A stretch of DNA of 64,000 bases from Psilocybe cubensis (taxonomy: Eukaryota): positions 4,588,001 to 4,652,000 of the forward strand of contig CM038998.1 of assembly GCA_017499595.2 (NCBI GenBank), read 5' to 3'. This document shows positions 53,697 through 64,000 of this stretch, in pieces; the first letter of the stretch is position 1, and each line of letters begins with the position of its first letter. The notes under the pieces were generated by a model. It saw only the letters and a program-made list of their open reading frames with translations. It searched no databases and was not told the origin of the DNA. The translations under genes were made by a program, and so were the position numbers.

Positions 53697-56502
53697 TTTA
53701 CATCAACCCAAAAATAAAACGCAATTCAGACTAACAAGATGATCTATTCTTAGAACGTCACCGTAAAATCAGCTTTATTGAGCACACCAACGCTGTAAGT
53801 ATGAGTAAAGAGAGCTTACATCCACAGTCAAAGAAAAGGAGAACATTACAGTGAGCGACAGAACGTATCATATTTATCAAATCTGCATTACTAGTATTTT
53901 GAGAAGTTGGAAGGCAACTCCCTCCTATAGTTGTTTCTATAGTAACAGCTCAACTCTCCATCCTCTTGTTCTACAGACCAAATCAGCTCGGCCAATCAGA
54001 GCAGGATCCGCCGAAGCACACTGCCAGTATTATATCGCTCAAGAATAACAGTCGACGATGCCGATCAGATCTAATTGCAGACCTTTCTAGAGGACAGGAA
54101 AGAACACCGACTACAAGTACAAATACCATAAAAAAGGAATTTTTCTCAGACAATATGGTAGAAAAACACTACTGACTGTAGATCCTGCCTACATACTGCA
54201 GAGTTTCATCGCGAATGAACGGAAAAAAGCGTACGTCCGACGACAACGGCCGCTCGTCTCCGCCTTTGCGTTTGATTGTCCAAATAGAGTGACGATCTAG
54301 GGCATAGGTCGCCAATACCACGTAGGTGGGACTGAGGTAGCGTTCTCTTGGAATGTCGTTGTCACAAGATGACAAAGGCGTTGGTGCTGCTGAATCATTG
54401 GGAAAGGACCGACGTCAATTTAAAGGAGCCTGCCGCTGAAAACGGGACGAATATTGAAGGAAAGTGTCCAAGCATTGTTCAACATACGCACTACAATTTC
54501 TTCATATACGTGAGCAATTTAATACCCAGCTCCAAGTAGATTGACCCTGACAGGAAGAATGCCCAAGGAGTATTCACAGTAACTTTGAATAGATTCCATG
54601 AAAAGGGAGCACACCTTCAAGTTCAGACTTCGAGTCGCAACGAAGATCCCTTAACCCTAGGATCTAATAGTCAGGCATACAAAGAATTACTTCATCTTTA
54701 ATTTCCACATTATACGTCCCCTGGCCAGACCAAGAGCAAAAACACCACGCTCCTTTGCCTCAGGCCTACTACGTACGTATCGTGGTCTGTCTAGGAGAGA
54801 CTACAGGCCTGTGGCTTTATATGGCCCATGTTTGGCTAATGTTTGGCGTTGGACGGCTTTTTCCGAAATCCGTGACCATATGACAAATGATGGATCGGAA
54901 CATAGTCGGCAATCAGCCATCACTTCGACTTCACGCTTGCGAGCGAAAAAATATTCAACTTGGTGAACATACTCATAAGGAAGGAATATCAGAAAGCCGC
55001 CCAAGAAAAGGAATATTAAAGCAATTATATCGCCGCAATTTCATAGATGCGATAGATAAATTTGTTTCTCCTTAACGAATGTGGTCCGGTGGAATGGTTG
55101 TTGCCGTTTTGGTTTTTGAAGGATGCGTTTTTTGGGACATCAATCCAAATCTAATCTACCTTGATCTGCTTTAAGGTGGTGCTGCTAAAGTGGTGTGGAC
55201 CCCAGAGTCATCCAAGTACGTCCAGAAGGAAATCAAGACTTATACCTGCCATATGTAACACAAATCGTAGATTCCAATGATCTTGTTGAGCCACAATGCT
55301 TCCAGTCTCCAACGAGCCGAATGAGGAGACTTAATCAAGCACCTAAAATTGTCTAATGTATCTAAAAGTATGTATATCGTCTACCCTGTAGAGCATTAAA
55401 CATCCTCATAGCATCGTTTACTAGAGTAATTGGATCACAAACTCTCCCCCTGCTTCTGAAATATCCAGTTTATTAACTTTATACTGGATTGATTAAATGT
55501 TTAGAGTTTCCAACATTCTCAGGATTTGACACTCCGATGTGTGGGCGTCTCTATGCTTTACAGTCAAACTAAACATTTTATTCATTACAAAATCCATCAT
55601 CATGCAACGCATTTGTTAATCAACTCTTCTCTGAATCTAGAACGCAATCCAAGAGGTGACCACCTACACTTCGCCCGGGATCCGAGTAGACAAGGTCTGC
55701 GCAATGCCCTTTGGCCGGGCCGACCGTAGTAATGTACCAATGTGGTATTGTACACAGACAAAGTCGAGTGGTTCGGTGATCGCCCCGGACTCGGACTCGG
55801 AGATCAAGATCAATTGCGCGTAGATTCAGATGTAATAACTTACTAGGACCTACTAGTACTAGGAGAGTAACGATTAAAAAACTTTGGAATATAGGATATG
55901 GATAAGAGGTATGACGGGCGGTGGGTTTTCGATGGACATTGATTCACGCCACAATGATTTTGGAAGCCTGATTTTCGGGGCAACAATCAACTGTTTATGT
56001 CCCCATACGCTCTTTTCTTTCGTTGGCTTTGGAGAAACCCAGCTTTGCACATATTATTGATACTCTGGCCCCTTGGCGCATATTTCGATATGATCTAAGT
56101 ATGTGATTCATCAACAGCGATTAATTGGAGCGAAAGAGGAAGAGCGCATGATGAAAAATTTATGGCCAAATACTTTGGAAACGCGATTCAGTCATGATAT
56201 TTCCTCACAATGTGCGGAGTCGAGTAAGATCATAAATACATTGCGACTACCAGAAAGACAGTGGTAGAAGATTAAGCAATAGGGCGCCAAAACAAGCGTC
56301 GCCTGTATTTTTCAACTGACGAAGACTGTATCGCTAGTCAATCCCGCTCGCTTCGTTGGCGAGCGGGAGGCAAGCGGAAGGGACGCCACTGTGAGATCTA
56401 AGCGCCGGTTATCAATCAAGCGAGTGTTAATTTTATCTCTCGCGTGGGGACTATGAATAGCTTTATCGTTCCAAAGCATTTCTATCACACCTCAAAGCAA
56501 TG

Positions 56503-58036
56503 GGGCAACAAGAAATGTCAGTGCATGTCAGTGCATGTAAGTGCACGTCTGCACTGACATACACTGGCAATATAATGTCCATGCACTGACATGCACTGAC
56601 ATGCACTGACGTGCACTGACATCACTTAGTACTCGTGAAACTGTGTTTGAGCAGGATATTACATTACGGTGCCATTTTAACCTCATAGATTTTAATTTTT
56701 CTTTCTATTTAGATGCTTATATAGTAGGTTGTTGTACTAAGAGAACCACGGAGTTGTAATTGCTATGTGTTTGATACAAACAAAATTTGACGAAGTGTCA
56801 CACCGTGTGCCTTTACATTTTTAGGTGGTTGTGTCCTCAGTAAAATGTACACATCAGTTGGGGCATCTACCTTTAGGATGGATGCTACATACAATTCAAA
56901 TGATATTATAAATGTGCACAAAATGATATAGTTTGCTCATGCCACAGGGGCCAGGCTATTATTTGTAGAGAAATTTGTCATTGAGTAATATATTCCGTGT
57001 AATATTGAAGTCTGTACTTATATACAATAAAAGGATGTTGAGTGCCCAACTGCTTAGACGGATTTTGATTGTATTACAAGTGTCTAGAAAGCAATTTAGT
57101 CACATAAATTATCTTTACACTAACTGCCAAGAGTTGATGCACTGACACATGCACTGACCGCCAAGCAATTGCACTGACAATGCACTGACATGCACTGACG
57201 ACGCACTGACATGCACTGACAACGCACTGACATGCACTGACAATGCACTGACGACGCACTGACATACACTGACATACACTGACCTTCAGTGATGATGCAC
57301 TGACAATGCACTGACATTGATTTTACCTCTTAATCATGTTATCTTTGATTTTAAATGAGGAATACAATAGTAGGTAGGTAGACTGTATCAATTCCCTCCA
57401 GTCTATCAGCTATTCCCAAGACCCGCTTAAATAGGGTGCTCCAATGGGCCTTTTTAACTCCCTTGCCCTTTCAGCTGTGACATGATAACATTGAATCCCT
57501 ACCAGCAAACCGCACCCCAATACAAGGCCAATACCAAAGCATTGTTGCACCTTCAGCAAAAGATGATCCCAAAGCATTGTCAAATGAGCATGTTTGATTA
57601 GTTATACAAAGGGATACTCTGAAGCGCCTATCTAATAATTCCTACACAATTCATTCATTTTCCCAACATCTATGCTTGATTTAGTACACCGGATTGTTAC
57701 TTGAAAATGTAGAGAATATATGTCTACTTCTATATCTTGGTATTTAGCCATTCCTGACCCAAAAATTCCGAGACTGTATGCTTTAATCCTCCCCAAGTTG
57801 ACTTTCTCACGGCCCACAACTTTCAATTAACAAGTACAAATTTTACCACCACACGATGAGCTAACCAATGCACTAACATAACCCTGAACGCACTGACACA
57901 CCCTGACCAATTTATAGATCATTGGAAACATGCACTGACATTGCACTGACATCACTGCAGTTTGCACTGACATTACTGCGGTATGCACTGACATGCACTG
58001 ACCGCACTGACGTTGCACTGACATTTTCCAGTGCCC
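56503..58036. mobile_element. Non-autonomous Mutator-like (MULE) element, 1534 bp
   Basis: Perfect 9-bp TSD AAAGCAATG at 56494-56502 and 58037-58045. Termini GGGCA..TGCCC, with an imperfect TIR continuing AAATGTCAGTGCA. No transposase ORF seen. Confidence 0.85.
57138..57316 (+). repeat. Tandem array of the GCACTGAC-core 10-12-mer (also at about 56515-56621 and 57869-58023)
   Basis: Directly visible (T/C)GCACTGAC(A) repeats with short variable spacing. Confidence 0.9.
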
Positions 58037-59158
58037 AAAGCAATGTCATTCATAACTAGATAGGTTCAGTACATTATTCCTCCTATTCTTGGCTGAAACC
58101 TCAATTCATGGCGACATTGAAAAAATTGACTCGTATGTTGTTGCGTGGTTTGGCTGAGGATTAGATAATCTTCAATCCGCTTTGCGGAACAGGCGATCTA
58201 TATGGAATTTGTCCGTTCCGGGGTAAACTCATCTTTCATCGACCGACACGGTTCCGAATGAAGTGGCGAGGTCCTCGTGGGTCGTCCGTTGATTTTATCG
58301 CCCATGACTTTTAATGTCGACCCTGATTTCGCCACTTTGGTGCGCTCTTTTCTCCATACGAGGAGGCAATGAACTTTTCTCTCCACTTCTCTCGTGCGAC
58401 CGTTGACCATAATCGCAATTGTTTCATTGCTTTCAGTCGGTCTACCAGCTTCTTGGTATCTCGCCGAGCTCTTCATGATATGTATTGACAGATGTGGTAG
58501 ATAGAAAAGTTATTTTTTTGCTCTTCGGGCAGAATGTACATGGCCGCAACGTTGTTGAGAGCATAAGGACTACTGTCTAGCATGAAGCCATCCACCTAAT
58601 ATGACGCCGAATGATATCCGAGCACCCAGTAAATTCCATACTTAGAATGTATGTCATGAATCTAAGATTGCATGGTCAAGCAGGTACAGTGTCAAGAAGA
58701 CTTGTAGACTTTTTAGAGAAGGATTTGCATTCCCCTTTGGCTCCAATGGTTTCCGAGCCCATTAACCGGGTCCCGGGATTGATTGCCCCATGTGTCGGTG
58801 TCAGGGGTCCTCGGGTATGCTCACTCCCAGTGTCCGATTTCTTATGCAATTCCAACTTGAACCCAAACGCTCAATCTGTTCATTTTTCTGGTATCGTGCT
58901 GACTGTTCTGCGTTTACTTAAAACATGGAGGAATCAATCTCCAGTTCGACATTGTCTTCCTCTCCCGGATTTCAAACACCATATTTCTTTAGACCTCTCT
59001 TCTCGACTCCTCTTCGTCGACCTCGTTCAAGTTCTCGGTTCTCATTCGCATTACTCGCATAGACCTCAGTCTGCTCTAGAGCATCTACACTTACTTTCGA
59101 CCTTCGTCGTCTTTTCATCTGCACACTTCATTTTCCGTTACCAAAACTAGAATCCACA

Positions 59159-60863
59159 ATGCCTATGCGATCTTCCTTCCGTCTCGTATCTCCTCCCCAC
59201 TCCTCTGGAAGCTCCGACACCTCGTCCTCTGCCGACAGTTCTGAGAATGCAAAGAACATGGTCGAGGAAGTCCGCTCCCTTGCGCAGTGCATCGATATTT
59301 TCGAGAACGGGCCCCGGCCACTCAGCGAATCTCTCGCACTTTTGAACGACGAAGAGGTGATCATGCTCGCCCAGTGCGGCAAGATCGCTGCGTACTCTTT
59401 GGAGAAAGTACTCGGCATGAACGAGTTGGAGAGGGCTGTCAGAATCAGGAGAGCGTTGATCTGTAAGTTCCTTTTAATTGCATCAACGTCGATCTTCATC
59501 TCAGCGTGCTATTCTTGTAGCTCGTGCTTCTTCTACTCAGACACTTGAGGCATCCGATATCCCTTTGGCAGATTATGACTACTCCAAGGTCCTTGGTGCC
59601 TGCTGCGAGAATGTCGTAGGATACATCCCCCTTCCTCTCGGTATCGCAGGCCCACTTTACATTGACGGCACGCTCTACCCTATCCCTATGGCCACTGCCG
59701 AGGGCACTCTCGTTGCTTCTGCGTCTCGCGGTTGCAAAGCCCTCAACGCTGGCGGAGGTGTCACTACTGTCCTTACCCAAGACGGTATGACTCGCGGCCC
59801 TGCCATCGACTTCCCCAGCATCGTCGACGCTGCATCTGCTAAAATCTGGATCGACTCCCCCGAAGGCTACTCTACCCTCAAGAAGGCCTTCGAGAGCACC
59901 TCGCGCTTCGCTAAGCTCAAGAGTCTCAAGACTGCTATGGCTGGTCGCACACTCTACGTTCGCTTCGCGACGTCCACTGGCGATGCGATGGGCATGAACA
60001 TGATCTCAAAGGGCACAGAGAAGGCACTGGAGGTGATGCAGGAACGGTACCCCGGGATGGTCGTTCTCGCTCTCTCAGGCAATTACTGCACAGACAAGAA
60101 GCCCGCGGCTATCAACTGGATTGAAGGTCGCGGGAAGAGTGTGGTTGCTGAGGCTGTCATCCCCGGACATGTTGTCAAATCGGTGTTGAAGACGACTGTT
60201 CCGGCCTTGGTCAACCTCAACACGAAGAAAAACTTGGTCGGAAGTGCTATGGCTGGCTCTATCGGAGGATTCAACGCGCACGCTGCAAACATCCTCACTG
60301 CGATCTTCTTGGCTACTGGCCAGGACCCTGCTCAGAACGTTGAGAGCTCCATGTGCATGACTTTGATGGAAGCGTAAGTCCTCTTTTTGAAACCTTGCAT
60401 CTAGCGATTTAATTTCTAATAACTGTCTTTTACTATAGTGTCAATGACGGTGAAGATCTTCTTATGACTGTCAGCATGCCTTGCATTGAAGTCGGAACCG
60501 TTGGCGGAGGCACCGTTTTGGGTCCCCAAAAGGCCGTTCTTGAAATGCTTGGTATCAAAGGTGCTCATCCAACCTCACCTGGACACAACGCACAGACGCT
60601 TGCTCGTATCATCGCCGCCGCTGTCATGGCGGGTGAACTTTCCCTTCTTGGTGCTCTCGCAGCTGGCCATCTTATCCGGGCGCACATGCAGCACAACAGA
60701 GCCCCCCAGACAGTCGCTGCCCCCGTTTCCGAGAAGATTTCCCGTAGTTGGTGCGCAGAAGAAGGGTGCGATCTACCGACCACATCTGGTTAGGGAGCAG
60801 TCTTCGGGAAGTGTCTTGACACCTTCGTCGTCGACTACATCGCTACCTCCATACTCGCAGTGA
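59159..60863 (+). CDS. HMG1: Class I HMG-CoA reductase, catalytic domain only (no N-terminal membrane/sterol-sensing domain seen)
   Basis: [64 protein letters not shown] and AHMQHNR. There are two clear introns. The stop is at 60793, or at 60863 if a 43-nt GTGCGC..TAG intron is spliced. Confidence 0.93.
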
Positions 60864-61877
60864 GCGCCTGGCTACCGTCATACCTTTCATCTCATACATC
60901 GTCCGGATTCTTTGCACTACACCTTTTCTTCTGCCTTTAACATTTTCTAGTACAACATCACATACATTCATTTGTTGCGCTAAGCAACTGGCCTCCTTCT
61001 CTTCAGATAGATCTATTATTTGGGCGTGATCATTTTACCTTACTATGTTTTATTAGACACACAAATTATATAACAATGTATATTTTGACGGAGACGTATT
61101 TCATTGACAATTAATGTACAATCTACGATCTGCAGAATCTTTGAGCAATTCGTTATAAACGTTTTATCATTTTGGTTCAATCCCTTAAATATTTTAGGTG
61201 TCTTGGTTGAACCATTGCAAATCCTGACTTCACCTGTTGTCTAGCAAGAAAAACAAGCTACTCTACTTGTACAATGTAACTCCCGTGCTCACCGATGTTT
61301 AATAATAATATACCGAAACACTCAGGCCGATCCCGAGGAGCAACTTGGTGAGTTGACGATGCACTGCAAGTGAGTACCGTTACCATGTGTATAATACGTT
61401 TTCTATTTCAATTAATCATTTTGTAGAATATACCATCCGTCCTCATAGACCAAGTGATGATGTATAGCTCAGCAACGAACTGAGGCCTTTGGACTTGCGT
61501 AGTTCTAATTTTAGAACACCTGAGCCATTCTTGCAATTCCTCGCAATGGCCCTGACGGGCAGGCCTGGACTCTGGGCTTTGCTAAGGCAATAATACCAAT
61601 ACCAATACTATCATTGACCAGATGTTTGGTTTGACCGTTGATTTATTTTAATGGCTTATTTTCATTTCTAGCTGCTACCGACAAGACAGCTTCAGGCTCC
61701 GGGAAACTTTCCTAAGAGCTTGTCTGGAATTTTGCCAATTTTGGCCCTCAAATCTGCAAAACCAAACAGACCTAAACTATCCCTTGCCAATATTACTTCT
61801 CCAACACAACTTCGCCTTGCACTGCGTTTTTTTTTTAAAAACATGCTTTATCTTAACTTCTTTTTGTAAGACTAGAG

Positions 61878-62750
61878 TAGTGCTGCCGCCACAGGACAGG
61901 ACTGCACTGTGATTTTTCACACTCCGATATACTGCACAGCGTACCACAGTCACTGTGAAGGCTGTGCACAGTGTGCCGTAAATTTATGTTATTTTGTCAA
62001 GCCATGGTTACGAGGACATTTATGCAATTCCTGCCCTTTCTTTCTGTTCAACATTATGATTTAGTATGGCCTTAAAATGAAGGACTATTACAATTGGAAA
62101 CAAAAATTCTCTTCTAGGTTACTTTTTAAGTAACCTACACAAGCTTGATAAAAGCTTAAATAGATTTTTGTCCTCAAAAATGTGCAATTTCGATAAAACT
62201 TTCTGCAATCGGAAAGAAACATCTCAGTCTGGGTGGCAAGAATACAATATTATACTTAAAAGTGAATAAAAACATGTAGCAATGTGTCTATGCTTTCACA
62301 ATGAGACTTGAGAGTGTTGCTTAGGTGTTACGAAATGGTTTTATTTATTAAGTACAAACACTGGTTTTTGTATCTAATCTTATCTGCAGAGTATATCTAA
62401 TCTTATCACACTTTCTACTAGAATCTCATAATCTTGTTTGGATCTTGTCGGATCCATTACATGATAACAGTTTTTCTTCTACACTTATGGGTTGGTCACT
62501 GTCTAACAAGGGGATATAATGTTCAGAAATAAATTCTGAATTGTAGGTAATAAAACATCAGACAATAGTACTGGACATAGCCATCTTCTGTAACAAACGC
62601 TATGTATGTGGGCAAGGAACTGCGTGATTATGTGTGACGTCATTGGTCACTTCACAGTACTTCACAGTAAACTGTGATAACTGTGAAGCGTGTCACACTG
62701 CTAAAAATTATGCTGCACTGTCACTGCACTGCACTGTGGTGACAGCACTT
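61878..62750. mobile_element. Non-autonomous hAT-like element, 873 bp
   Basis: Imperfect TIR TAGTGCTGCCGCCACAG / CTGTGGTGACAGCACTT. The 8-bp TSD has one mismatch: GACTAGAG (61870-61877) and GGCTAGAG (62751-62758). Subterminal CACAGT/ACTGTG motifs. Confidence 0.7.
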
Positions 62751-63344
62751 GGCTAGAGCAATCTAGGCCAGTTGAGACATGTCCGAATTTTCTTTTTTGT
62801 ACAATATGCTAACATTCTAAACCTGAACTTACGAGTCCAGGCATTTGGGCATATTTAATGGATTTTGTATTTTATTTTTTCTATTTAAACTGAATTTTAG
62901 AATGTACAAATATTCTTTAATACTGGAAAATGTCCTAATAATTTGCAGTTTTAGTATCAAATCCATCAGATCCAGACAATGGTTAGCCTGCAATGCTATC
63001 AAATCCATAAAAAATGGAAAATAAAATGCCAAATTTTTGGCCTAAAATCTTTCAGAATCCGGACAAGCCTCTAAGAGAGCTTCTTAGGGCTTATGGCTTT
63101 TTATAGCCAAGATAATATATTTTTGTAAGACTTCTCCTTAAGCACGCAACATCACTTAATATATTTGTATGTGAAACACAATGCACCAACGTGCTACTTT
63201 TTTTCTTTGTTTTTAATTGTATTGTTTGCATTGCAAAATAATCAATTTTTAATACTTATTTGTTTTTGCTTGTTTCTGTATTATTTCTGGTCAAAAAGAA
63301 AAAAAAAGTAAAATTATGTATATGTATAATTTATATACTAAAGA

Positions 63345-64000
63345 TTATATTTCAGCATCATAACCAAATTTGTGATCCATATATTTAATATATAATATTT
63401 TCCAAACAAATTCTGCGGTTGACTGCAATTTGTGCCACTCTACCAAAAGAGGTCGATTCTATAAAAAATAAATATTTATTAATAGGACATATAAAAGTAT
63501 AATAAATTTCGTACCATTGTTTCCCGTTCAAACTGGTTCATACAAATATGGATAGTGGTCATGTGCTTGTAAATATCCTCGGAATCCTTGATATTGAAAA
63601 ACTCCAAAAATTTCTTCCAGTCTGTTTTGTCGATGAAACGGGATACAAGTGCAACATATACCACATACTTGCTGCTTAGAATTGGTTCTAGCAAGTAATA
63701 TGCTGCCACAAAACTAATAGAGCTAACAGAAACAACAAATACGTCGTTTGTTGGCCAGTAAATGTCGTTGGTAATTGGTTCAATACAATAACCTTCAATC
63801 AGCTCTGAATTAGCATCCTAAAATAGCAAAAATAAATATAAAAATATTAGTATATAGTGTAAAATGACTTACTAAAGCATATATAGCATATTCTTTATAA
63901 CCAAATTCTACAAATTCCTGGACAATTGTGCCGTATCCAGGAAATCTATCAGATCCATAAGGAAATACAGAAAATATTGCTTCTTTAGCATGACATGTAA
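63345..64000 (-). CDS. 3' part of an AT-rich spliced gene of unknown function (continues beyond the window)
   Basis: Three exons join in phase 0 through GT-AG introns: ...GYKEYAIYAL | DANSELIEGY...FERETM | NRPLLVEW...YDAEI*. Confidence 0.6.

Noticed and set aside
56515-58023. GCACTGAC arrays as a CRISPR-like array or as Cys-rich repeat peptides (MSVRRQC...)
   Set aside because: Units are 10-12 bp with no unique spacers and lie inside a TSD-bounded element. The ORFs are by-products of the repeat.
58611-59150. 179-aa ORF as the missing HMGR membrane domain
   Set aside because: It has no run of TM helices or sterol-sensing motif, is in a different frame, and stops before the HMGR ATG.

Overview
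Intron-rich fungal genomic DNA. Short GT-AG introns of about 50 nt and the gene families present point to an Agaricomycete, probably a gilled mushroom; this is inferred. Positions 1-40 kb are gene-dense: Arg/Ser/His-rich protein, cytochrome P450, two related single-pass membrane proteins, MYND finger, AAA ATPase, two BTB proteins, GH76, F-box protein, MCT-type MFS transporter, proline iminopeptidase-like hydrolase, acetyl-CoA hydrolase, a NACHT remnant and a pseudogenised fruit-body lectin. Positions 40-64 kb are transposon-rich. A 7.84-kb two-gene Plavaka-type DNA transposon (42900-50739) sits inside one arm of an unusual non-autonomous element (40786-50910). That element has near-identical 473-bp inverted arms, a flipped hairpin loop and poorly matched tips, and its uninterrupted arm gives the empty target site. 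Further right are a WD40 gene, a MULE-like element with a perfect 9-bp TSD, an HMG-CoA reductase apparently lacking the membrane/sterol-sensing domain, a hAT-like element and the 3' end of an AT-rich gene. Gene coordinates are outer bounds of manually spliced models. Family names come from motif recognition, not database searches.
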